Notes under the pieces: model-generated | The model's database searches: none | The model's input: the letters and a program-made list of their open reading frames with translations, nothing else | Told to the model about the DNA's origin: nothing | Part shown: positions 52,201-64,000 of the stretch, piece after piece | How positions within the stretch are numbered: the stretch's first letter is position 1 | How the letters are laid out: every line of letters begins with the position of its first letter | Program-made: the position numbers and the translations under genes | Assembly (NCBI GenBank): GCA_051362555.1 | Contig: JBPQGU010000013.1 | Location: forward strand, 534,556 to 598,555 | Reading direction: 5' to 3' | DNA: 64,000 bases | Source: Lingula anatina | Lineage: Eukaryota; Animalia; Brachiopoda

Positions 52201-55200
52201 TTGGTCATTTGTAGTCAGAATAAAGTGCTGGAAGAGTGGTTGTGTCATTATTAAGGAAGAAATAGAGCAAAAACTCTCTCCACCCCCCCTCTCTCCAAAT
52301 CCTGTTCTCAGGTGTGCTTTTTGGCCATCTTTAAAGCTGAAATTGGGGGCTTTAATGAAGTGATCCGGGCGCGTTTCCACATTTTTTATGAATGACAGGT
52401 GTGGTAGATTGATTTTCATCACTTTTTGGAAAATTTGGTGACGGGCCATTTTTGGGTGATTTTGAGTGATTTTCGTAAGGTCCGGATATGGCAGTTTTCT
52501 TCAATTTTGGCCAGGTAGGGTTGAAAAATTTTTTTCTTCATTATAGTGTCTGGTAGGTGTGTTTGGTCATTTGTAGTCAGAATAAAGTGCTGGAAGAGTG
52601 GTTGTGTCATTATTAAGGAAGAAATAGAGCAAAAACTCTCTCCACCCCCCCTCTCTCCAAATCCTGTTCTCAGGTGTGCTTTTTGGCCATCTTTAAAGCT
52701 GAAATTGGGGGCTTTAATGAAGTGATCCGGGCGCGTTTCCACATTTTTTATGAATGACAGGTGTGGTAGATTGATTTTCATCACTTTTTGGAAAATTTGG
52801 TGACGGGCCATTTTTGGGTGATTTTGAGTGATTTTCGTAAGGTCCGGATATGGCAGTTTTCTTCAATTTTGGCCAGGTAGGGTTGAAAAATTTTTTTCTT
52901 CATTATAGTGTCTGGTAGGTGTGTTTGGTCATTTGTAGTCAGAATAAAGTGCTGGAAGAGTGGTTGTGTCATTATTAAGGAAGAAATAGAGCAAAAACTC
53001 TCTCCACCCCCCCTCTCTCCAAATCCTGTTCTCAGGTGTGCTTTTTGGCCATCTTTAAAGCTGAAATTGGGGGCTTTAATGAAGTGATCCGGGCGCGTTT
53101 CCACATTTTTTATGAATGACAGGTGTGGTAGATTGATTTTCATCACTTTTTGGAAAATTTGGTGACGGGCCATTTTTGGGTGATTTTGAGTGATTTTCGT
53201 AAGGTCCGGATATGGCAGTTTTCTTCAATTTTGGCCAGGTAGGGTTGAAAAATTTTTTTCTTCATTATAGTGTCTGGTAGGTGTGTTTGGTCATTTGTAG
53301 TCAGAATAAAGTGCTGGAAGAGTGGTTGTGTCATTATTAAGGAAGAAATAGAGCAAAAACTCTCTCCACCCCCCCTCTCTCCAAATCCTGTTCTCAGGTG
53401 TGCTTTTTGGCCATCTTTAAAGCTGAAATTGGGGGCTTTAATGAAGTGATCCGGGCGCGTTTCCACATTTTTTATGAATGACAGGTGTGGTAGATTGATT
53501 TTCATCACTTTTTGGAAAATTTGGTGACGGGCCATTTTTGGGTGATTTTGAGTGATTTTCGTAAGGTCCGGATATGGCAGTTTTCTTCAATTTTGGCCAG
53601 GTAGGGTTGAAAAATTTTTTTCTTCATTATAGTGTCTGGTAGGTGTGTTTGGTCATTTGTAGTCAGAATAAAGTGCTGGAAGAGTGGTTGTGTCATTATT
53701 AAGGAAGAAATAGAGCAAAAACTCTCTCCACCCCCCCTCTCTCCAAATCCTGTTCTCAGGTGTGCTTTTTGGCCATCTTTAAAGCTGAAATTGGGGGCTT
53801 TAATGAAGTGATCCGGGCGCGTTTCCACATTTTTTATGAATGACAGGTGTGGTAGATTGATTTTCATCACTTTTTGGAAAATTTGGTGACGGGCCATTTT
53901 TGGGTGATTTTGAGTGATTTTCGTAAGGTCCGGATATGGCAGTTTTCTTCAATTTTGGCCAGGTAGGGTTGAAAAATTTTTTTCTTCATTATAGTGTCTG
54001 GTAGGTGTGTTTGGTCATTTGTAGTCAGAATAAAGTGCTGGAAGAGTGGTTGTGTCATTATTAAGGAAGAAATAGAGCAAAAACTCTCTCCACCCCCCCT
54101 CTCTCCAAATCCTGTTCTCAGGTGTGCTTTTTGGCCATCTTTAAAGCTGAAATTGGGGGCTTTAATGAAGTGATCCGGGCGCGTTTCCACATTTTTTATG
54201 AATGACAGGTGTGGTAGATTGATTTTCATCACTTTTTGGAAAATTTGGTGACGGGCCATTTTTGGGTGATTTTGAGTGATTTTCGTAAGGTCCGGATATG
54301 GCAGTTTTCTTCAATTTTGGCCAGGTAGGGTTGAAAAATTTTTTTCTTCATTATAGTGTCTGGTAGGTGTGTTTGGTCATTTGTAGTCAGAATAAAGTGC
54401 TGGAAGAGTGGTTGTGTCATTATTAAGGAAGAAATAGAGCAAAAACTCTCTCCACCCCCCCTCTCTCCAAATCCTGTTCTCAGGTGTGCTTTTTGGCCAT
54501 CTTTAAAGCTGAAATTGGGGGCTTTAATGAAGTGATCCGGGCGCGTTTCCACATTTTTTATGAATGACAGGTGTGGTAGATTGATTTTCATCACTTTTTG
54601 GAAAATTTGGTGACGGGCCATTTTTGGGTGATTTTGAGTGATTTTCGTAAGGTCCGGATATGGCAGTTTTCTTCAATTTTGGCCAGGTAGGGTTGAAAAA
54701 TTTTTTTCTTCATTATAGTGTCTGGTAGGTGTGTTTGGTCATTTGTAGTCAGAATAAAGTGCTGGAAGAGTGGTTGTGTCATTATTAAGGAAGAAATAGA
54801 GCAAAAACTCTCTCCACCCCCCCTCTCTCCAAATCCTGTTCTCAGGTGTGCTTTTTGGCCATCTTTAAAGCTGAAATTGGGGGCTTTAATGAAGTGATCC
54901 GGGCGCGTTTCCACATTTTTTATGAATGACAGGTGTGGTAGATTGATTTTCATCACTTTTTGGAAAATTTGGTGACGGGCCATTTTTGGGTGATTTTGAG
55001 TGATTTTCGTAAGGTCCGGATATGGCAGTTTTCTTCAATTTTGGCCAGGTAGGGTTGAAAAATTTTTTTCTTCATTATAGTGTCTGGTAGGTGTGTTTGG
55101 TCATTTGTAGTCAGAATAAAGTGCTGGAAGAGTGGTTGTGTCATTATTAAGGAAGAAATAGAGCAAAAACTCTCTCCACCCCCCCTCTCTCCAAATCCTG

Positions 55201-58200
55201 TTCTCAGGTGTGCTTTTTGGCCATCTTTAAAGCTGAAATTGGGGGCTTTAATGAAGTGATCCGGGCGCGTTTCCACATTTTTTATGAATGACAGGTGTGG
55301 TAGATTGATTTTCATCACTTTTTGGAAAATTTGGTGACGGGCCATTTTTGGGTGATTTTGAGTGATTTTCGTAAGGTCCGGATATGGCAGTTTTCTTCAA
55401 TTTTGGCCAGGTAGGGTTGAAAAATTTTTTTCTTCATTATAGTGTCTGGTAGGTGTGTTTGGTCATTTGTAGTCAGAATAAAGTGCTGGAAGAGTGGTTG
55501 TGTCATTATTAAGGAAGAAATAGAGCAAAAACTCTCTCCACCCCCCCTCTCTCCAAATCCTGTTCTCAGGTGTGCTTTTTGGCCATCTTTAAAGCTGAAA
55601 TTGGGGGCTTTAATGAAGTGATCCGGGCGCGTTTCCACATTTTTTATGAATGACAGGTGTGGTAGATTGATTTTCATCACTTTTTGGAAAATTTGGTGAC
55701 GGGCCATTTTTGGGTGATTTTGAGTGATTTTCGTAAGGTCCGGATATGGCAGTTTTCTTCAATTTTGGCCAGGTAGGGTTGAAAAATTTTTTTCTTCATT
55801 ATAGTGTCTGGTAGGTGTGTTTGGTCATTTGTAGTCAGAATAAAGTGCTGGAAGAGTGGTTGTGTCATTATTAAGGAAGAAATAGAGCAAAAACTCTCTC
55901 CACCCCCCCTCTCTCCAAATCCTGTTCTCAGGTGTGCTTTTTGGCCATCTTTAAAGCTGAAATTGGGGGCTTTAATGAAGTGATCCGGGCGCGTTTCCAC
56001 ATTTTTTATGAATGACAGGTGTGGTAGATTGATTTTCATCACTTTTTGGAAAATTTGGTGACGGGCCATTTTTGGGTGATTTTGAGTGATTTTCGTAAGG
56101 TCCGGATATGGCAGTTTTCTTCAATTTTGGCCAGGTAGGGTTGAAAAATTTTTTTCTTCATTATAGTGTCTGGTAGGTGTGTTTGGTCATTTGTAGTCAG
56201 AATAAAGTGCTGGAAGAGTGGTTGTGTCATTATTAAGGAAGAAATAGAGCAAAAACTCTCTCCACCCCCCCTCTCTCCAAATCCTGTTCTCAGGTGTGCT
56301 TTTTGGCCATCTTTAAAGCTGAAATTGGGGGCTTTAATGAAGTGATCCGGGCGCGTTTCCACATTTTTTATGAATGACAGGTGTGGTAGATTGATTTTCA
56401 TCACTTTTTGGAAAATTTGGTGACGGGCCATTTTTGGGTGATTTTGAGTGATTTTCGTAAGGTCCGGATATGGCAGTTTTCTTCAATTTTGGCCAGGTAG
56501 GGTTGAAAAATTTTTTTCTTCATTATAGTGTCTGGTAGGTGTGTTTGGTCATTTGTAGTCAGAATAAAGTGCTGGAAGAGTGGTTGTGTCATTATTAAGG
56601 AAGAAATAGAGCAAAAACTCTCTCCACCCCCCCTCTCTCCAAATCCTGTTCTCAGGTGTGCTTTTTGGCCATCTTTAAAGCTGAAATTGGGGGCTTTAAT
56701 GAAGTGATCCGGGCGCGTTTCCACATTTTTTATGAATGACAGGTGTGGTAGATTGATTTTCATCACTTTTTGGAAAATTTGGTGACGGGCCATTTTTGGG
56801 TGATTTTGAGTGATTTTCGTAAGGTCCGGATATGGCAGTTTTCTTCAATTTTGGCCAGGTAGGGTTGAAAAATTTTTTTCTTCATTATAGTGTCTGGTAG
56901 GTGTGTTTGGTCATTTGTAGTCAGAATAAAGTGCTGGAAGAGTGGTTGTGTCATTATTAAGGAAGAAATAGAGCAAAAACTCTCTCCACCCCCCCTCTCT
57001 CCAAATCCTGTTCTCAGGTGTGCTTTTTGGCCATCTTTAAAGCTGAAATTGGGGGCTTTAATGAAGTGATCCGGGCGCGTTTCCACATTTTTTATGAATG
57101 ACAGGTGTGGTAGATTGATTTTCATCACTTTTTGGAAAATTTGGTGACGGGCCATTTTTGGGTGATTTTGAGTGATTTTCGTAAGGTCCGGATATGGCAG
57201 TTTTCTTCAATTTTGGCCAGGTAGGGTTGAAAAATTTTTTTCTTCATTATAGTGTCTGGTAGGTGTGTTTGGTCATTTGTAGTCAGAATAAAGTGCTGGA
57301 AGAGTGGTTGTGTCATTATTAAGGAAGAAATAGAGCAAAAACTCTCTCCACCCCCCCTCTCTCCAAATCCTGTTCTCAGGTGTGCTTTTTGGCCATCTTT
57401 AAAGCTGAAATTGGGGGCTTTAATGAAGTGATCCGGGCGCGTTTCCACATTTTTTATGAATGACAGGTGTGGTAGATTGATTTTCATCACTTTTTGGAAA
57501 ATTTGGTGACGGGCCATTTTTGGGTGATTTTGAGTGATTTTCGTAAGGTCCGGATATGGCAGTTTTCTTCAATTTTGGCCAGGTAGGGTTGAAAAATTTT
57601 TTTCTTCATTATAGTGTCTGGTAGGTGTGTTTGGTCATTTGTAGTCAGAATAAAGTGCTGGAAGAGTGGTTGTGTCATTATTAAGGAAGAAATAGAGCAA
57701 AAACTCTCTCCACCCCCCCTCTCTCCAAATCCTGTTCTCAGGTGTGCTTTTTGGCCATCTTTAAAGCTGAAATTGGGGGCTTTAATGAAGTGATCCGGGC
57801 GCGTTTCCACATTTTTTATGAATGACAGGTGTGGTAGATTGATTTTCATCACTTTTTGGAAAATTTGGTGACGGGCCATTTTTGGGTGATTTTGAGTGAT
57901 TTTCGTAAGGTCCGGATATGGCAGTTTTCTTCAATTTTGGCCAGGTAGGGTTGAAAAATTTTTTTCTTCATTATAGTGTATGGTAGGTGTGTTTGGTCAT
58001 TTGTAGTCAGAATAAAGTGCTGGAAGAGTGGTTGTGTCATTATTAAGGAAGAAATAGAGCAAAAACTCTCTCCACCCCCCCTCTCTCCAAATCCTGTTCT
58101 CAGGTGTGCTTTTTGGCCATCTTTAAAGCTGAAATTGGGGGCTTTAATGAAGTGATCCGGGCGCGTTTCCACATTTTTTATGAATGACAGGTGTGGTAGA

Positions 58201-61200
58201 TTGATTTTCATCACTTTTTGGAAAATTTGGTGACGGGCCATTTTTGGGTGATTTTGAGTGATTTTCGTAAGGTCCGGATATGGCAGTTTTCTTCAATTTT
58301 GGCCAGGTAGGGTTGAAAAATTTTTTTCTTCATTATAGTGTCTGGTAGGTGTGTTTGGTCATTTGTAGTCAGAATAAAGTGCTGGAAGAGTGGTTGTGTC
58401 ATTATTAAGGAAGAAATAGAGCAAAAACTCTCTCCACCCCCCCTCTCTCCAAATCCTGTTCTCAGGTGTGCTTTTTGGCCATCTTTAAAGCTGAAATTGG
58501 GGGCTTTAATGAAGTGATCCGGGCGCGTTTCCACATTTTTTATGAATGACAGGTGTGGTAGATTGATTTTCATCACTTTTTGGAAAATTTGGTGACGGGC
58601 CATTTTTGGGTGATTTTGAGTGATTTTCGTAAGGTCCGGATATGGCAGTTTTCTTCAATTTTGGCCAGGTAGGGTTGAAAAATTTTTTTCTTCATTATAG
58701 TGTCTGGTAGGTGTGTTTGGTCATTTGTAGTCAGAATAAAGTGCTGGAAGAGTGGTTGTGTCATTATTAAGGAAGAAATAGAGCAAAAACTCTCTCCACC
58801 CCCCCTCTCTCCAAATCCTGTTCTCAGGTGTGCTTTTTGGCCATCTTTAAAGCTGAAATTGGGGGCTTTAATGAAGTGATCCGGGCGCGTTTCCACATTT
58901 TTTATGAATGACAGGTGTGGTAGATTGATTTTCATCACTTTTTGGAAAATTTGGTGACGGGCCATTTTTGGGTGATTTTGAGTGATTTTCGTAAGGTCCG
59001 GATATGGCAGTTTTCTTCAATTTTGGCCAGGTAGGGTTGAAAAATTTTTTTCTTCATTATAGTGTCTGGTAGGTGTGTTTGGTCATTTGTAGTCAGAATA
59101 AAGTGCTGGAAGAGTGGTTGTGTCATTATTAAGGAAGAAATAGAGCAAAAACTCTCTCCACCCCCCCTCTCTCCAAATCCTGTTCTCAGGTGTGCTTTTT
59201 GGCCATCTTTAAAGCTGAAATTGGGGGCTTTAATGAAGTGATCCGGGCGCGTTTCCACATTTTTTATGAATGACAGGTGTGGTAGATTGATTTTCATCAC
59301 TTTTTGGAAAATTTGGTGACGGGCCATTTTTGGGTGATTTTGAGTGATTTTCGTAAGGTCCGGATATGGCAGTTTTCTTCAATTTTGGCCAGGTAGGGTT
59401 GAAAAATTTTTTTCTTCATTATAGTGTCTGGTAGGTGTGTTTGGTCATTTGTAGTCAGAATAAAGTGCTGGAAGAGTGGTTGTGTCATTATTAAGGAAGA
59501 AATAGAGCAAAAACTCTCTCCACCCCCCCTCTCTCCAAATCCTGTTCTCAGGTGTGCTTTTTGGCCATCTTTAAAGCTGAAATTGGGGGCTTTAATGAAG
59601 TGATCCGGGCGCGTTTCCACATTTTTTATGAATGACAGGTGTGGTAGATTGATTTTCATCACTTTTTGGAAAATTTGGTGACGGGCCATTTTTGGGTGAT
59701 TTTGAGTGATTTTCGTAAGGTCCGGATATGGCAGTTTTCTTCAATTTTGGCCAGGTAGGGTTGAAAAATTTTTTTCTTCATTATAGTGTCTGGTAGGTGT
59801 GTTTGGTCATTTGTAGTCAGAATAAAGTGCTGGAAGAGTGGTTGTGTCATTATTAAGGAAGAAATAGAGCAAAAACTCTCTCCACCCCCCCTCTCTCCAA
59901 ATCCTGTTCTCAGGTGTGCTTTTTGGCCATCTTTAAAGCTGAAATTGGGGGCTTTAATGAAGTGATCCGGGCGCGTTTCCACATTTTTTATGAATGACAG
60001 GTGTGGTAGATTGATTTTCATCACTTTTTGGAAAATTTGGTGACGGGCCATTTTTGGGTGATTTTGAGTGATTTTCGTAAGGTCCGGATATGGCAGTTTT
60101 CTTCAATTTTGGCCAGGTAGGGTTGAAAAATTTTTTTCTTCATTATAGTGTCTGGTAGGTGTGTTTGGTCATTTGTAGTCAGAATAAAGTGCTGGAAGAG
60201 TGGTTGTGTCATTATTAAGGAAGAAATAGAGCAAAAACTCTCTCCACCCCCCCTCTCTCCAAATCCTGTTCTCAGGTGTGCTTTTTGGCCATCTTTAAAG
60301 CTGAAATTGGGGGCTTTAATGAAGTGATCCGGGCGCGTTTCCACATTTTTTATGAATGACAGGTGTGGTAGATTGATTTTCATCACTTTTTGGAAAATTT
60401 GGTGACGGGCCATTTTTGGGTGATTTTGAGTGATTTTCGTAAGGTCCGGATATGGCAGTTTTCTTCAATTTTGGCCAGGTAGGGTTGAAAAATTTTTTTC
60501 TTCATTATAGTGTCTGGTAGGTGTGTTTGGTCATTTGTAGTCAGAATAAAGTGCTGGAAGAGTGGTTGTGTCATTATTAAGGAAGAAATAGAGCAAAAAC
60601 TCTCTCCACCCCCCCTCTCTCCAAATCCTGTTCTCAGGTGTGCTTTTTGGCCATCTTTAAAGCTGAAATTGGGGGCTTTAATGAAGTGATCCGGGCGCGT
60701 TTCCACATTTTTTATGAATGACAGGTGTGGTAGATTGATTTTCATCACTTTTTGGAAAATTTGGTGACGGGCCATTTTTGGGTGATTTTGAGTGATTTTC
60801 GTAAGGTCCGGATATGGCAGTTTTCTTCAATTTTGGCCAGGTAGGGTTGAAAAATTTTTTTCTTCATTATAGTGTCTGGTAGGTGTGTTTGGTCATTTGT
60901 AGTCAGAATAAAGTGCTGGAAGAGTGGTTGTGTCATTATTAAGGAAGAAATAGAGCAAAAACTCTCTCCACCCCCCCTCTCTCCAAATCCTGTTCTCAGG
61001 TGTGCTTTTTGGCCATCTTTAAAGCTGAAATTGGGGGCTTTAATGAAGTGATCCGGGCGCGTTTCCACATTTTTTATGAATGACAGGTGTGGTAGATTGA
61101 TTTTCATCACTTTTTGGAAAATTTGGTGACGGGCCATTTTTGGGTGATTTTGAGTGATTTTCGTAAGGTCCGGATATGGCAGTTTTCTTCAATTTTGGCC

Positions 61201-64000
61201 AGGTAGGGTTGAAAAATTTTTTTCTTCATTATAGTGTCTGGTAGGTGTGTTTGGTCATTTGTAGTCAGAATAAAGTGCTGGAAGAGTGGTTGTGTCATTA
61301 TTAAGGAAGAAATAGAGCAAAAACTCTCTCCACCCCCCCTCTCTCCAAATCCTGTTCTCAGGTGTGCTTTTTGGCCATCTTTAAAGCTGAAATTGGGGGC
61401 TTTAATGAAGTGATCCGGGCGCGTTTCCACATTTTTTATGAATGACAGGTGTGGTAGATTGATTTTCATCACTTTTTGGAAAATTTGGTGACGGGCCATT
61501 TTTGGGTGATTTTGAGTGATTTTCGTAAGGTCCGGATATGGCAGTTTTCTTCAATTTTGGCCAGGTAGGGTTGAAAAATTTTTTTCTTCATTATAGTGTC
61601 TGGTAGGTGTGTTTGGTCATTTGTAGTCAGAATAAAGTGCTGGAAGAGTGGTTGTGTCATTATTAAGGAAGAAATAGAGCAAAAACTCTCTCCACCCCCC
61701 CTCTCTCCAAATCCTGTTCTCAGGTGTGCTTTTTGGCCATCTTTAAAGCTGAAATTGGGGGCTTTAATGAAGTGATCCGGGCGCGTTTCCACATTTTTTA
61801 TGAATGACAGGTGTGGTAGATTGATTTTCATCACTTTTGGAAAATTTGGTGACGGGCCATTTTTGGGTGATTTTGAGTGATTTTCGTAAGGTCCGGATAT
61901 GGCAGTTTTCTTCAATTTTGGCCAGGTAGGGTTGAAAAATTTTTTTCTTCATTATAGTGTCTGGTAGGTGTGTTTGGTCATTTGTAGTCAGAATAAAGTG
62001 CTGGAAGAGTGGTTGTGTCATTATTAAGGAAGAAATAGAGCAAAAACTCTCTCCACCCCCCCTCTCTCCAAATCCTGTTCTCAGGTGTGCTTTTTGGCCA
62101 TCTTTAAAGCTGAAATTGGGGGCTTTAATGAAGTGATCCGGGCGCGTTTCCACATTTTTTATGAATGACAGGTGTGGTAGATTGATTTTCATCACTTTTT
62201 GGAAAATTTGGTGACGGGCCATTTTTGGGTGATTTTGAGTGATTTTCGTAAGGTCCGGATATGGCAGTTTTCTTCAATTTTGGCCAGGTAGGGTTGAAAA
62301 ATTTTTTTCTTCATTATAGTGTCTGGTAGGTGTGTTTGGTCATTTGTAGTCAGAATAAAGTGCTGGAAGAGTGGTTGTGTCATTATTAAGGAAGAAATAG
62401 AGCAAAAACTCTCTCCACCCCCCCTCTCTCCAAATCCTGTTCTCAGGTGTGCTTTTTGGCCATCTTTAAAGCTGAAATTGGGGGCTTTAATGAAGTGATC
62501 CGGGCGCGTTTCCACATTTTTTATGAATGACAGGTGTGGTAGATTGATTTTCATCACTTTTTGGAAAATTTGGTGACGGGCCATTTTTGGGTGATTTTGA
62601 GTGATTTTCGTAAGGTCCGGATATGGCAGTTTTCTTCAATTTTGGCCAGGTAGGGTTGAAAAATTTTTTTCTTCATTATAGTGTCTGGTAGGTGTGTTTG
62701 GTCATTTGTAGTCAGAATAAAGTGCTGGAAGAGTGGTTGTGTCATTATTAAGGAAGAAATAGAGCAAAAACTCTCTCCACCCCCCCTCTCTCCAAATCCT
62801 GTTCTCAGGTGTGCTTTTTGGCCATCTTTAAAGCTGAAATTGGGGGCTTTAATGAAGTGATCCGGGCGCGTTTCCACATTTTTTATGAATGACAGGTGTG
62901 GTAGATTGATTTTCATCACTTTTTGGAAAATTTGGTGACGGGCCATTTTTGGGTGATTTTGAGTGATTTTCGTAAGGTCCGGATATGGCAGTTTTCTTCA
63001 ATTTTGGCCAGGTAGGGTTGAAAAATTTTTTTCTTCATTATAGTGTCTGGTAGGTGTGTTTGGTCATTTGTAGTCAGAATAAAGTGCTGGAAGAGTGGTT
63101 GTGTCATTATTAAGGAAGAAATAGAGCAAAAACTCTCTCCACCCCCCCTCTCTCCAAATCCTGTTCTCAGGTGTGCTTTTTGGCCATCTTTAAAGCTGAA
63201 ATTGGGGGCTTTAATGAAGTGATCCGGGCGCGTTTCCACATTTTTTATGAATGACAGGTGTGGTAGATTGATTTTCATCACTTTTTGGAAAATTTGGTGA
63301 CGGGCCATTTTTGGGTGATTTTGAGTGATTTTCGTAAGGTCCGGATATGGCAGTTTTCTTCAATTTTGGCCAGGTAGGGTTGAAAAATTTTTTTCTTCAT
63401 TATAGTGTCTGGTAGGTGTGTTTGGTCATTTGTAGTCAGAATAAAGTGCTGGAAGAGTGGTTGTGTCATTATTAAGGAAGAAATAGAGCAAAAACTCTCT
63501 CCACCCCCCCTCTCTCCAAATCCTGTTCTCAGGTGTGCTTTTTGGCCATCTTTAAAGCTGAAATTGGGGGCTTTAATGAAGTGATCCGGGCGCGTTTCCA
63601 CATTTTTTATGAATGACAGGTGTGGTAGATTGATTTTCATCACTTTTTGGAAAATTTGGTGACGGGCCATTTTTGGGTGATTTTGAGTGATTTTCGTAAG
63701 GTCCGGATATGGCAGTTTTCTTCAATTTTGGCCAGGTAGGGTTGAAAAATTTTTTTCTTCATTATAGTGTCTGGTAGGTGTGTTTGGTCATTTGTAGTCA
63801 GAATAAAGTGCTGGAAGAGTGGTTGTGTCATTATTAAGGAAGAAATAGAGCAAAAACTCTCTCCACCCCCCCTCTCTCCAAATCCTGTTCTCAGGTGTGC
63901 TTTTTGGCCATCTTTAAAGCTGAAATTGGGGGCTTTAATGAAGTGATCCGGGCGCGTTTCCACATTTTTTATGAATGACAGGTGTGGTAGATTGATTTTC
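49214..64000. repeat. Satellite array, subfamily B (362 bp, ~41 copies, open at window end)
   Basis: Colinear with A but with fixed differences (cgtaaggtccggatatggcag, ccaccccccc, ggtgtgctttttggcc, gccattttt). Period is exactly 362 bp over most of the array. Confidence 0.99.

Noticed and set aside
49358-63963. Repeated 130-aa minus-strand ORF in subfamily B as a tandem gene array
   Set aside because: Each ORF is longer than the 362-bp unit and overlaps the next. It is broken in A, has no room for a promoter or terminator, and is expected from a stop-poor strand.
1-64000. CRISPR array or other prokaryotic defence system
   Set aside because: The repeats have no unique spacers, there are no cas-like ORFs, and the context is eukaryotic.

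Overview
Eukaryotic, probably marine-invertebrate (inferred from repeat types), heterochromatin-like window with no intact protein-coding gene. About 70% is one ~362-366 bp satellite family in head-to-tail arrays. Subfamily A covers 1-19468 (~52 monomers) and 39034-49213 (~28 monomers), then switches abruptly to a nearly invariant 362-bp subfamily B (49214 to window end, ~41 monomers; ~12-13% diverged from A by hand count). A 490-bp TGT...ACA element with imperfect TIRs and a CCGG target duplication (Ginger1-like) sits in the exact centre of the satellite's 16-bp palindrome. The 19.5-kb island between the arrays holds decayed transposons: two DIRS-order (tyrosine recombinase) retrotransposons in convergent orientation, a 2.9-kb non-autonomous TIR element with a 9-bp TSD, a spliced Kolobok-like transposase remnant, several CAGGGGCGGA-type MITEs, a 34-bp minisatellite and a ~412-bp duplication. 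ORFs in the satellite are repeat artefacts. I found no evidence for a new protein-coding system; the interesting signals concern satellite evolution and transposon targeting. All family assignments rest on motif recognition, not database searches.
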